Part shown: positions 1 through 13,600 of the stretch, one piece after another
How the letters are laid out: every line of letters starts with the position of its first letter
How positions within the stretch are numbered: position 1 is the stretch's first letter
From: Centroscyllium fabricii
Taxonomy: Eukaryota
Length of the DNA: 64,000 bases
NCBI GenBank assembly: GCA_051313645.2
Contig: JBNRSN020000002.1
Coordinates: 304,544,001-304,608,000 of the forward strand
Reading direction: 5' to 3'
The notes under the pieces: generated by a model
The model's input: only the letters and a program-made list of their open reading frames with translations
What the model was told of the DNA's origin: nothing
The model's database searches: none
Position numbers and translations under genes: made by a program

Positions 1-2
1 GG

Positions 3-1374
3 CATCATTACCTGGCCGGTAAGCGTTTTACCCTTCTCACCGACCAACGGTCGGTGGCGTTTATGTTTAATAATAAACAGAAGGGTAAGATCAAGAATGA
101 TAAGATCCTGCGGTGGCGGATCGAACTCTCGACTTACGAGTATGACATTCTTTACCGACCAGGTAAACTCAATGAACCCCCGGACGCTCTGTCCAGGGGA
201 ACGTGCGCCAGTGCCCAGCTAGACCGGCTGAAGGATCTCCACGACCGCCTTTGCCACCCGGGTGTCACCAGACTCGCCCACTTTGTTAGATCCCGTAGCC
301 TCCCCTACTCCATCACGGAGATCAAGGCTATGACCCGAGAGTGCCCTGTTTGCGCCGAGTGCAAACCCCAATTTTTCCGGCCAGACACGGTGCACCTCAT
401 TAAGGCCACCCGCCCCTTTGAACGTCTAAGCGTGGACTTCAAAGGCCCCCTCCCCACCACCGACCGCAACTCATACTTCCTCACGGTCGTAGATGAGTTC
501 TCCCGCTTCCCCTTCGCCTTCCCCTGCGCAGATATGACGAGCGCAACGGTGATCAAACACTTCACCACGCTGTTCGCCATTTTCGGTCTCCCCAGCTACA
601 TCCATAGCGACCGGGGGGCATCGTTCATGAGCGATGAACTGCGTCAGTTTCTGCTCCAGGAAGGGGTTGCCACGAGCAGAACGACCAGTTATAACCCCCG
701 GGGGAACGGCCAGGTAGAAAGGGATAATGGGATCATCTGGAAGGCGGTCACCCTGGTTCTGAAGTCCAGAGGCCTTCCAGTGGCCCATTGGCAGGCAGTC
801 CTCCCAGACGCGCTGCTTTCGATACTCTCTGTACTGTGTACGGCCACTAACACCACCCCTCATGACTTGATTTTTTCCTTTCCCAGGAAGTCGACTTCGG
901 GGACAGCTCTTCCTCCATGGCTCACAACACCGGGGCCGGTCTTCCTTAGAAGACACGTCCGTGGCCACAAGACCGACCCCCTGGTGGACAAGGTGCAGCT
1001 CCTGCATGCGAATCCTCAATATGCCTACGTGCATTTCCCGGACGGGCGCGAGGACACCGTCTCCATCGGGGACCTGGCTCCCGCCGGGAGCACCACAGCA
1101 GAGCCCCTGGTCGGGCAGCAGCCCGCCAAGCCACAGTACTTGGAACACCCCCTGCATCTACAGTGGCCTCCGAGGTATTCAGAGCCCCAGCCGTGGCCAG
1201 CCCAAGACCACCATTCCGATGGCCCGGAGCACCTGAGACCACCAGCATCCGAAATTTCGGCACCAACGCCACTGTCACCACCACCGGACCCGAACGGGAC
1301 GGAAGATAAAGAACTTTAACCAGAGCCCCGGCGGTCCTCCAGACGGACACGACCACCGGACAAGCTTATAATGA
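3..1374 (+). pseudogene. pol: Ty3/Gypsy pol, 3' part (end of RNase H plus integrase), element A; 5' part lies outside the window
   Basis: The frame reads HYLAGKRFTLLTDQRS...RWRIELS...PDALSRG (end of RNase H), then the HHCC zinc finger (LHDRLCHPG...CPVCAEC) and the DDE core (SVDFKGP, HSDRGASF, NGQVER). TAA at 1317-1319 looks premature, because the typical basic tail RRSSRRTRPPDKL follows in frame. Confidence 0.93.
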
Positions 1375-1425
1375 ACTGCTCTGTCCATTCACCCCGCCGG
1401 ACTTAAATTTTCAAGAAGGGGTGAA

Positions 1426-1678
1426 TGTGCTAACCGTATTGTATAAGCTTACCACTGCAATATTGTCACACTGTTTACAACACTGTCGTGGAGCCAGGTC
1501 AGCCACACCTCTAACTCCTCCCCCAGGTGAGGCCCTTTATAGGTGGGGACTGACCAGGCTCCCTCATTCTGTTCTGGATGTTCCTTCGGAGTGTAGCTCC
1601 AAAGTTAGTTAATAAAAGCCTGTAGTTTAAGGTAACTACTCGTCGAAGTCTTTTATTAAGAGAATTGACGATACGTCA
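1426..1678 (+). repeat. 3' LTR of Gypsy element A
   Basis: Follows the purine tract AAGAAGGGGTGAA, has TG...CA ends and AATAAA at 1611, and is clearly homologous to the LTR at 57306-57604 (shared CAGCCACACCTCTAACTCCTCCCC, TATAGGTGGGGACTGACC and TTGACGATACGTCA). Confidence 0.88.
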
Positions 1679-3210
1679 AGTTCACTACGGACATCTGCCA
1701 CGTGGCCGGTAAAGACAATTTGGTGGCCGACTGCCTCTTGAGACCCTCATTCCACGCAGTGCACCTGGGCGGCGACTACGCGGTCATGGCAAGGGACCAG
1801 GCCACAGATGCGGAGACCCAGGCCTTCAGGTCATCATCCACCAGCCTCACCCTGGCCGATATCCACTTCCACACAGCTGGCGCAACCCTTCTGTGCGACA
1901 TTTCAGTCCCCTCACCTCGGCCGGTCGTTCCTTCCACCTGGTGCAAGTGGGTTTTCGACGTTATCCACGGCCTCTCACATCCAGGGATGTGAGCATCCCA
2001 GAAACTCATGTCCGCCAAGTTCGTCTGGCCTGGACTCCACAAGAATGTGAGGGACTGGACTAATACATGCGTGGTGTGTCAGCGCGCCAAGGTCCAGCAG
2101 CACAACAAGGCGCCATTGGAGTTCTTCCCAGTGCCCGAGAGGCGTTTCGACCACGTCCACGTCAATTTGGTAGGCCCCTTACCGCTGTCGCACGGGTTCA
2201 CACACCTTCTCATGATCGTGGACCGCACCACCAGATGGCCTGATTTGGTCCCCCTGGCTTCCACCTCCATGACCGACGTCACGCGAGCATTCATCTCAGC
2301 GTGGGTGGCCCGGTTCAGCGTGCCTGCCAACATCTCCTTGGACAGAGGCCCCCAGTTCTCCTCCCAATTGTGGAATGCCATCACCACTGGCCTCGGCGCT
2401 AAGTTGCACAGGGCAACGGCCTACCACCCACAGGCCAACGGATTCTGTGAACATTTTCATCGTTCTTTGAAAACGTCCCTCCGCGCCAGCCTGGCCGACA
2501 CCGGCTGGATCGACAAACTGCCCTGGGTTCTCCTGGGACTGCGCACCGCGCCCAAAGCGGACCTCCATGCCTCTGCTACCGAGATGGTCTATGGCCAGCT
2601 GCTCAGGTTCCCAGGCGACTTCCTCCCCCTGACAACAGAGCTGTGGTCAGCCGCCAGACAGCGTTCACTGCACCAGGAAGCGGCCCAACAGTTCCGCCCA
2701 GTGCCCACTTCACAATACAGCCCACAGCCGTCCCACGTGCCTAGAGACTTACGGCATGCGGAGTTCGTCTTCGTGCGCCGGGACGCGCACAGAGGCCCGC
2801 TGCAGGCACCATACACTGGACCTTTCCCGGTGTTGGAGACAGGGGACAAAGCTTTAATCATTGACGTCGGTGGGAAGCCGGACTATATTTCAATAGACCG
2901 CCTGAAACTAGCGCACCTGGACCTCAGCTCCCCAGTACGGCTGGCTCTTCCCCCACGGTGAGGCAGACCTCCTGCGGCACCCGCGGCCCCACAAGATGAC
3001 CAATCCGCGCCAGCACCTTACTTCCCGGCAGTCGCCCCGCCTTCGCCGGCAGCTCGTCCAGCTAGCCCACCGTTTGACCAGCCACCAGACCAGCTGATTG
3101 ACCAATGGGCCGACCTCCCAGACAGCCCTCCACGCATGCCAGATGGATACTACAGCCATTACGGCCGCTTGGTCAAGCCGCCGCAAAGACTGACTTTTGC
3201 AGTTAACAAG
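1679..3210 (+). pseudogene. pol: Ty3/Gypsy pol remnant (RNase H tail plus integrase, CsRn1-like), element B, interrupted by element A
   Basis: Begins abruptly at FTTDICHVAGKDNLVADCL. Contains IHGLSHPG...CVVCQRAK, HVNLVGPLP, LDRGPQFSS and a GPY/F-like module (GPLQAPYTGPF). In-frame TGA stops at 1990-1992 and 2959-2961 are consistent with CGA>TGA decay. Confidence 0.9.
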
Positions 3211-3227
3211 GATTCTGGGGGGGCGTA

Positions 3228-3476
3228 TGTGGTGTTTCCACATTGGGGAAATACTGTGTACATGTAAATAAATCTGTATAATCCCCTTTAACTGTTGTTT
3301 CCCCCTCCCCTTTAAGAGGAAGGGAAACCTACTCATGTGACCTGCCGGTGACGTCATCGCACGTTCGCGGGCTTTACGAATTCAGTTTGTACAGTTCAGA
3401 GTTGGAGTAAAGACCTGTTTATAGTAGCTCTCTGTGTTGGCTGTTTCTTTGCAGTGGAGACCGTAGTCTCCCCACA
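3228..3476 (+). repeat. 3' LTR of Gypsy element B
   Basis: A G-rich polypurine tract (CTGGGGGGGCGTA) lies just upstream. The ends are inverted (TGTGG...CCACA), there is an AGTAAA poly(A)-like signal, and unrelated sequence follows. Confidence 0.8.
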
Positions 3477-3564
3477 ACTTATTGAAAAGTAAGGAGGAGA
3501 TGTAGTGAATCAGCCCCTGCACTGCAAGAGGATTTGAGGTTCTGTGCACAGAGGACAGCTGAAT

Positions 3565-4000
3565 AAAGATAGACTTGCATTTATGTAGCGCCTTTCACGA
3601 CCATCACAAAGCTCTTTACAGCCAATTAAGTACTTTTGAAGTGTAGTCATTGTTGTAATGTATAAAACACAGCAGCCATTATGCGCACAGCAAGCTCTCA
3701 CAAATAGCAATGTGTTAATGGCCAAATAATCTGCTTTTTTCAGATATTGATTGAGGGATAAATATTGGCTAGGACACCAGGGATAACTTCCCTGCTCTTA
3801 TTCAAAATAATTCCATAGGACCTTTTTTGCATCCACCTGAGAGAGCAGACAGGGCCTTGGTTTAACGTCACACCTGAAAGATGGCACCTCTGACAGTGCA
3901 CTGCACTACCAGCCTAGATTTTTGTGTCTGGAGTGCGATTTGAGCTCACAACCTTCATGACTTGGAGACGAAGGTGCTGCTCACTGAGCCACTGCTGACA
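3565..4000 (-). mobile_element. tRNA-derived Deu-domain SINE (SacSINE1/DeuSINE-like)
   Basis: On the minus strand: a tRNA-like head (TGTCAGCAGTGGCTCAGTGAG), a Deu core (GCACTGTCAGAGGTGCCATCTTTCAGGTGTGACGTTAAACCAAGGCCC...GGTGTCCTAGCCAATATTTATCCCTCAATCAA) and an L2-type tail (GTGAAAGGCGCTACATAAATGCAAGTCT). Confidence 0.82.
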
Positions 4001-5544
4001 TTGGAAAGAATTTATTGTATTTATAGTGAAACCATCAGTAAATGAATGGTTAGGGTGTGTGATAAGTGAAGGTCACTGATATGAGGAAGTTACAGGGTGG
4101 GAGAGGGGACTGAGTGAAAAAGAGGGCAGGTCTCTGAAAAACTCCTGGATTGATGGGAAAATAATTCATGGAAAGGATTACGGTTGACTTTAGTTCCAAT
4201 TCTGCTATGTGGTTTAGATATCCTCACATACACGACATGATCTGTAGTCCTGCTCACATCTCTGTTCAGATGCCTTGATTACTTGGCCAAGTGACTCATG
4301 TCTCCAATTTCTTTTCAGTCAGACGTCTATGTCCTTAGTGACTCATTTGGACCAAAGCCTTCTGCCTTCAACATCAGTGACATTAGTGAAATGATTCATT
4401 CCCCAGCTATCCCAGCCTTCAATGATGATTTTCCATAGGCTGGTTACTTATTTCTGAATGTCCCTGCCTTCATCTTCACTTTATAATAAAAATACATTGG
4501 AGGAATGAAAAATCATATTTCCGCTATAGTGAGGTCATGATGGAGCCATGAAATCATTACCTAATTTATTGTGGTTTCTTAGTTAAGCAAAATAATGGAT
4601 GAATGTTCTTGTTTTATGATCTTCATTTCCACCCTTTCGTCTAACCAGAACTCAAATTGAAGTTAAAATTAGATCAACCCATAAAATATAAGATCTATAT
4701 AACATCAGAATCCCTTTTAGTATACTTCACATTTCTGGTGTCTTATTTTTCTTAACATCCTATCCATTATGATTTCTGCAGTTAATAATCATTTCGTTCT
4801 GCTCCACATAGCCTTAACAACTGCTCACCAATGATCCTGTTAATATAAACATTTACTTATTCTATGTGCTGTTTTATTTCATATTTATAAACTTTTTACA
4901 GCTCCTTTAAGCTTCCTCAGTTATACACATACACATACACAGTCATTTTGAAGATCAAGGGAAAAAAATGCATTCAAGTTGCATTGCCATCATTTTCTAA
5001 TTATGTGTGGTCATATCATTAAATTAATTGGTACTTCTTTATTTGAAGATGTTTGCAGATTTTATAGATTTTCATGAATCTCTTTCTTTTGCACCATTCC
5101 TCTTTCTTTGCTGGCATCTGCACTTCAGAATTGAGCTGACTCTAGCCCCCAGACTCTCATTGACCCCTGAAAGGAGTGTTCAGTCTCTCCTATTAACAGG
5201 AATGTCAAAAAAAAATACAATTTTTCAGAGTGCTGCACTGGAGGTATAAAATACTGAGGGAGATCAAGAACTAACAGTGAGGAAAAGATATGGAAACTGA
5301 AAAACAACACAAGGATAAAAGTAAGCATGGGTCTAAGAGAATGATCATTAAGTCTTACGGCTCTGCTCTGAGAATGAGGCAAATTAGTCGCAAGATGGCA
5401 GCTGCCCAGATTATTCTCTTCCGGGGCCCACAGATATAATTTGGCTCTGACTCGTTCCAAACAAAAATGGCAATCGGGCTACTATTTACATCATAGGACA
5501 TCAATTTCCATATTACACCATGAATGGTAGGACCCAAGGAAGGT

Positions 5545-6005
5545 CAGAAGATCAGAGGGACCTTGGTGTGCATGTAGATAGATCCCTGAAGGCAGCAGGA
5601 CAGGCAGATAAGGTGGTTAAAAAGGCATATGGGATACTTGCCTTCATTAGCTGAGGCATAGAATATAAGAGCAGGGAGGTTATGATGGAGCTGTACAAAA
5701 TGCCAGATAGGCCACAGCTGGAGTACTGTGTTCAGTTCTGGTCCCCACACTATAGGAAGGATGTGATTGAATTGGAGAGGGTGCAGAGGAGATTCACCAG
5801 GTTGTTACCTGGGTTTCAGCGCTTCAGCTATGAAGAGAGACTGGACAGGCTGAGGTTGTTTTCCTTCGAGCAGAGAATGCTGAGGGGGGACCTGATTGAG
5901 GTGTACAAAATTATGAGGGGCATAGATAGGGTAGATAGAAAGGAACTTTTCCCGTTAGTAGAGGGGTCAATAACCAGGAGGCGTAGTTTCAAGGTAAGAG
6001 GCATA
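5545..6005 (+). mobile_element. CR1-type LINE fragment (C-terminal part of ORF2)
   Basis: The translation RPQLEYCVQFWSPHYRKDVIELERVQRRFTRLLPG...SYEERLDRLRLFSFEQRMLRGDLIEVYKIMRG is the diagnostic CR1 ORF2 C-terminus. Upstream is QRDLGVHV, with stops. Confidence 0.92.
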
Positions 6006-6011
6006 GATTCA

Positions 6012-6652
6012 AGGTGAAATTCAGCTGGAGGCTGGCAGCGGTAGCCGTTAGCGCCCCGTGGCGCTGCACCACCGGCAATGACATCATCACCATGCGCAGC
6101 GCCCTGGCCACGATCTTCAGTCACGCCCCCTGACTTACCGCCGAACGCTTTGTATGACAGGGTCAGTGGGGCGTACTTGCAGCCGGGGCAGTGCAAGTTA
6201 AAAGAGCAGTACCGGGCGGCCATTTTTGTTGCTGGCCGCCTGCCAGCACCTGCCTCCTCTGCCGTCCCCGGCCTCCTCTGTGCCGGCTGTGCTCCGTGAG
6301 CCCGGCACTTCTCTCAAGTGCCGGGCTCTTTTGCCGGCACTCCCGATCCCCAGTGGCCGAGCTGGTTTCTGGGTTGCACTGCGCTAGGCCCCTCCCCTTT
6401 ATGAAGGGGAGGAAGGCCTGCAGTACTGCGGTGCGATGAGCTGCGGAGCGTGGCGCTGCGCTATGCAGCACTGAGATATTCAGTTGCAGCACCCCAGGAA
6501 CGTGGTGGAGCGCTTACAGTAGCGCCCCATCTCCTGCTTGGGGCGCTGCAGCTGAATTAGCAGCAGAACAGCGCAAACATTTTCGGGGTGCTCAAAGTAG
6601 CACCCTGCCGAGGTTCGCGCTCAAAAGGGGGCGCCACTCAATTTTCCCCCCC
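6012..6652. repeat. GC/CpG-rich putative non-autonomous DNA element (MITE-like)
   Basis: An abrupt GC-rich island with weak inverted ends (GGTGAAATTCAG ... CTCAATTTTCCCC). It resembles the other MITE-like islands in this window and has no credible ORF. Confidence 0.4.
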
Positions 6653-7683
6653 ATGACTCTATTAAAAGGGGCAGGCTGGCACTTCGGACACCTGGTGGTT
6701 GGTCCCTTTCAATATAAATCCGGCCACATTGCTGGTGTTAACTATTTTGGGGATGTTACTGCCCAGTAATGCCTGGCAAAGGCAGTGAAAGTCAACTCCA
6801 TTAACTTAGTGATGCTCACACTGAGTGTAAAATGCTGCATTCCCCCCAACACTGTCAACTCTCACTTTAATCAGCAAAATATGCCCCACAAAGGATAAAA
6901 ATATTTATTAAAAGAATAGGAAATGAAAAAAGAGAGAAAAATAAACAGAAAATAGAAGAAAATGAAAGCCGGAAAGAATAAAGTTAAAGAGTAATGAAAT
7001 GGAAAAAAGATGAATAAAGGCTTTCACAAATAATAAATAGAAAATAGGTTTCAAAACAAATATCACTGAAGAGCAAATTAACAAAAGCATGTGTTCCCTT
7101 GTTACTTTGTCCTTAAAAATTCAAAACCGTAATTGTTGTTTATATCTCTGGACTATGTAAAGACAAAAAATATGCAAAAAAACTGGTGTTTAGTAAAGCT
7201 GAAATGTTTAAGTCATAATGAAAATATTTAAGCCACCCCAATTGCTATTCCTGTTTTGGTGAAGTCCATACTTGAAACTAAATGAAGAAAATTCAAGGGA
7301 AAGTAAAGGTAAACAAAGATAGAATCTGAAATGAAAACTTTCACAAGATTAATGCCCAAAAAAAAGTTTTTCTCTTACGGCAGCTGTACTTCTTCAAATA
7401 GAAAGATCCACTGTTAAAAATTACTCAATTAAAATTGGGTTTGATTTACATTCTTAAACTCAAAATGCTGAAGGATAAACAAACTGAGTGACTTTCAATG
7501 TAAAATCCTTCTATCTATTCACTGCCGGAATTGATCAATGCTATGTTTAAATTATTGTTCTTTATTTTTATGGATTTCCTTCTTTATTTAGCCTTTAGGA
7601 TTCCTGTTTCTCATTATTCCAATTCAGAGTTATTATTTAAATCACTTATCTGTAAAAAATGTCATGTAAAAACTGCTGTGTAA

Positions 7684-10600
7684 GGAATACATCCGTGGAA
7701 CACATCCGTGGAATATATCCGTGGAACACATCCGTGGAATACATCCGTGGAACACAGCCGTGGAATACATCCATGGAATATATCCGTGGAATGCATCCAT
7801 GGAACTCTTCCGTGGAACAAATCCGTGAAACACATCCTTGGAATACATCCCTCGAACAGATCCGTGGAACACATCCATGGAATAAATCACTGGAACACAT
7901 CCATGGAATATATCCGTGGAATACATCCGTGGAACACATCCATGGAATTTATCCGTGGAATATATCCGTGGAACACATCCGTGGAACACATCCATGGAAT
8001 ATATCCGTGGAATATACCCGTGGAATACATCCGTGGAACACATCCATGGAATATATCCGTGGAATATATCCGTGGAATACATCCGTGGAACACATCCATG
8101 GAATATATCCGTGGAATATATCCGTGGAACACATCCGTGGAACACATCCATGCAATATATCCGTGGAATATATCCGTGGAATATATCCGTGGAACACATC
8201 CGTGGGATACATCTGTGGAATACTTCCGTGGAACAAATCCGTGGAATATATCCGTGGAATACATCCGTGGAATACATCCGTGGAACACATGCGTGGAATA
8301 TATCCATGGAATATATCCATGCAAAATATCCGTGGAACACATCCGTGAAATATATCCGTGGAATATATCGTTGGAACACATCCGTGGAATTTATCCATGG
8401 AATATATCGATGGAATTCATCGGTGGAACACATGCGTGGAACACATCCGTGGAATATATCCGTGGAATATATCAGTGGAATACATCCGTGGAACACATCC
8501 GTGGAATATATCCGTGCAAAATCTCCATGGAACAGATCCGTGAAATATATCCGTGGAATATATCCGTGGAACACATCCGTGGAATATATCCATGGAATAT
8601 ATCCGTGGAACACATCCGTGGAATATATCCGTGGAATAAATCGATGGAACACATCCGTGGAACACCTCCGTGGAATATATTGTGGAATATATCCGTGGAA
8701 CACATCCGTGGAATATATCCGTGGAACACATCCGTGGAACACATCTGTGGAATATATCAGTGGAATATATCCGTGGAACACATCCATGGAACATATCCGT
8801 GGAACACAGCCGTGGAATATATCCGTGAAATATATCCGTGGAACACATCCGTGGTACATATCCATGGAACACATCCGTGGCACACATCCGTGGAATATAT
8901 CCGTGGAACAAATCCGTGGAATACATCCGTGGAATATATCCGTGGAACACATCCGTGGAATACATGCGTGGAACACATCTGTGGAATATATCCGTGGAAT
9001 ATATCCCTGGAATATATCCGTGAAATACATCCGTGCAACACATCCGTGGAACACATCCGTGGAATATATCCCTAGAATACATCCGTGGAACACATCCGTG
9101 GAATATCTCTGTGGATTATATCCATGGAACACATCCGTGGAACACATCCATGGAATATATCCGTGGAATACATCCATGGAACACACCCATGGAATATATC
9201 CGTGGAATATATCCGTGGAACATATCCGTGGAATTTATCCGTGGAACATATCCGTGGAATATATCCGTGGAATATATCCGTGGAATATATCCGTGGAACA
9301 TATCCATGGAATATATCCGTGGAACAAATCCGTGGAATACATCCGTGGAATATATCCGTGGAACACATCCCTGGAATACATGCGTGGAACACATCTGTGG
9401 AATATATCCGTGGAATATATCCCTGAAATATATCTGTGAAATACATCCGTGGAACACATCCGTGGAACACATCCGTGGAATATATCCCTAGAATACATCT
9501 GTGGAACACATCCGTGGAATATATCTGTGGATTATATCCATGGAACACATCCGTGGAACACATCCATGGAATATATCCGTGGAATACATCCATGGAACAC
9601 ACCCATGGAATATATCCGTGGAATATATCCGTGGAACATATCCGTGGAATATATCCGTGGAACATATCCGTGGAATATATCCGTGGAACATATCCGTGGA
9701 ATATATCCGTGGAATATATCCGTGGAATACATCCCTGGAATACATCCATGGAACATATCCGTGGAATATATCCGTGGAATACATCCATGGAACACACCCA
9801 TGGAATACATCCATGGAACACACCCATGGAATATATCCGTGGAATATATCCGTGGAACATATCCGTGGAATATATCCGTGGAACATATCCGTGGAACACA
9901 TCCGTGGAATATATCCATGGAATATATCCGTGGAATATATCCGTGGAACACATCCATGGAATATATCCCTGGCATACATCCGTGGAACATATCCGTGGAA
10001 TATATCCGTGGAATACATCCGTGGAACACATCCGTGGAAAATACCTGTGGAATATATCCATGGAACACATCCGTGGAACACATCCATGGAATATATCTGT
10101 GGAATATATCCGTGGAACACATCGATGGAATATATCCATGGAATATATCCGTGGAATACATCCGTGGAACGCATCCATGGAATATATCTGTGGAATATAT
10201 CCATGGAACACATCGATGGAATATATCCATGGAATATATCCGTGGAATACATCCGTGGAACACATCCGTGGAACACATCCGTGGAATATATCTGTGGAAA
10301 TATCCGTGGAACACATCCGTGGGATACATCTCTGGAATATATCCGTGGAACACATCCGTGGAATACATCCATGGAATATATCCGTGGAATATATACGTGG
10401 AATATATCCGTGGAATACATCCAAGGAATATATCCGTGGAACACATCCATGGAATACATCCATGGAATACATCCAAGGAATATATCCGTGGAACACATTC
10501 GTGGGATACATCTGTGGAATACAACCGTGGAACACATCCGTGGAATATATCCATGGAATATATCTGTGGAATACATCCAAGGAATATATCCGTGGAACAC

Positions 10601-13600
10601 ATTCGTGGGATACATCTGTGGAATACATCCGTGGAATATATCTGTGGAACACATCTGTGGAACACATCCGTGGAATATATCCGTGGAATATATCAGTGGA
10701 ATACATCCGTGGAACACATCCGTGGAATATATCCGTGCAATATATCTGTGGAATATATCCGTGGAACACATCCGTGGGATACATCTGTGGAATATATCCG
10801 TGGAACACATCCGTGGAATACATCCATGGAATATATCCGTGGAATACATCCAAGGAATATATCCGTGGAACACAACCGTGGAATACATCCGTGGAATACA
10901 TCCAAGGAATATATCCGTGGAACACATTCATGGGATACATCTGTGGAATACATCCATGGAACACATCCGTGGAATATATCCATGGAATATATCTGTGGAA
11001 TACATCCAAGGAATATATCCGTGGAACACATTCGTGGGATACATCTGTGGAATACATCCGTGGAATACATCCGTGGAACACATCCGTGGAATATATCCGT
11101 GGAATATATCCGTGGAACACATCTGTGGAACACATCCGTGGAATATATCCGTGGAATATATCAGTGGAATACATCCGTGGAACACATCCGTGAAATATAT
11201 CTGTGGAATATATCCATGGAACACATCCGTGGAATATATCCGTGGAATAAATCCATGGAACACATCCGTGGAACACATCCGTGGAATATATCCGTGGAAT
11301 ATATCCGTGGAACACATCCGTGGGATACATTCGTGGAATATATCCGTGGAACAAATCCGTGGAATACATCCACGGAACACATCCGTGGAACATATCCGTG
11401 GAACACATCCATGGAACACATCCGTGGAACACATCCATGGAACACACCCATGGAATATATCCGTGTAATATATCCGTGGAACATATCCGTGAAATATATC
11501 CGTGGAACACATCCGTGGAACATATCCGTGGAACACATCCATGGAACACATCCGTGGAATATATCCGTGGAACAAATCCGTGGAATACATCCATGGAATA
11601 TATCCGTGGAATATATCCATGGAATATATCCGTGGAATATATCCGTGGAACACATCCATGGAATATATCCCTGGCATACATCCGTGGAACATATCCGTGG
11701 AATATATCCGTGGAATATAGCCGTGGAATACATCCGTCGAACACATCCGTGGAGTACATCCGTGGAACACATCCGTGGAACACATCCGTGGAATATATCT
11801 GTGGAAATATCCGTGGAACACATCCGTGGGATACATCTCTGGAATATAACCGTGGAACACATCCGTGGAATACATCCATGAAATATATCCGTGGAATATA
11901 TCCGTGGAATATATCCGTGGAATACATCCAAGGAATATATCCGTGGAAAACATCCATGGAATACATCCATGGAATACATCCAAGGAATATATCCGTGGAA
12001 CACATTCGTGGGATACATCTGTGGAATACAACCGTGGAACACATCCGTGGAATATATCCATGGAATATATCTGTGGAATACATCCAAGGAATATATCCGT
12101 GGAACACATTCGTGGGATACATCTGTGGAATACATCCGTGGAATACATCCGTGGAACACATCCGTGGAATATATCCGTGGAATATATCTGTGGAACACAT
12201 CTGTGGAACACATCCGTGGAATATATCCGTGGAATATATCAGTGGAATACATCCGTGGAACACATCCGTGGAATATATCCGTGCAATATATCCGTGGAAC
12301 ATATCCGTGAAATATATCCGTGGAATATATCCGTGGAACACATCCGTGGAATATATCTGTGGAATATATCCATGGAACACATCCGTGGAATATATCCGTG
12401 GAATAAATCCATGGAACACATCCGTGGAACACATCCGTGGAATATATCCGTGGAAAATATCCGTGGAACACATCCATGGGATACATTCGTGGAATGTATC
12501 CGTAGACCACATCTGTGGAACACATCTGTGGAATATATGAGTGGAATATATCCGTGGAATACATCCATGGAACATATTTGTGAAACAAAGCCGTGGAATA
12601 TATCCGTGAAATATATCCGTGGAACACATCCGTGGAACATATCCGTGGAACACATCCGTGGAACACATCCGTGGAATATATCCGTGGAACAAATCCGTGG
12701 AATACATCCATGGAATATATCCGTGGTATATATCCACGGAATATATCCATGGAATATATCCGTGGAACACATCCGTGGAATACCTGCGTGGAAAACATCT
12801 GTGGAATATATCCGTGGAATATATCCGTGGAATATAGCCGTGGAATACATCCGTGGAACACATCCGTGGAACACATCCGTGGAATATATCCCTTGAATAC
12901 ATCCGTGGAACACATCCGTGGAGTATATCCGTGGAATACATCCATGGAACACACCCATGGAATATATCCGTGTAATATATCCGTGGAACATATCCGTGAA
13001 ATATATCCGTGGAACACATCCGTGGAATATATCCCTGGAATACATCCGTGGAACACATCCGTGGAATATATCCCTGGAATACATCCGTGGAACACATCCG
13101 TGGAATATATCTGTGGAATATATCCGTGAAACACATCCGTGGGATACATCTGTGGAATATATCCGTGGAACACATCCGTGGAATACATCCATGGAATATA
13201 TCCGTGGAATACATCCAAGGAATATATCCGTGGAACACAACCGTGGAATACATCCGCGGAATACATCCAAGGAATATATCCGTGGAACACATTCATGGGA
13301 TACATCTGTGGAATACATCCTTGGAACACATCCGTGGAATATATCCATGGAATATATCTGTGGAATACATCCAAGGAATATATCCGTGGAACACATTCGT
13401 GGGATACATCTGTGGAATACATCCGTGGAATACATCCGTGGAACACATCCGTGGAATATATCCGTGGAATATATCCGTGGAACACATCTGTGGAACACAT
13501 CCGTGGAATATATCCGTGGAATATATCTGTGGAATATATCCATGGAACACATCCGTGGAATATATCCGTGGAATAAATCCATGGAACACATCCGTGGAAC

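Noticed and set aside
305-3357. Antisense and alternate-frame ORFs over the Gypsy pol regions (also at 41791-45493 and 58114-63689)
   Set aside because: They are shadow ORFs of GC-rich retroelement coding sequence and carry no motifs of their own.
6908-7090. Hydrophobic Phe/Leu-rich 60-aa ORF
   Set aside because: It is a by-product of low-complexity A-rich sequence read on the opposite strand.
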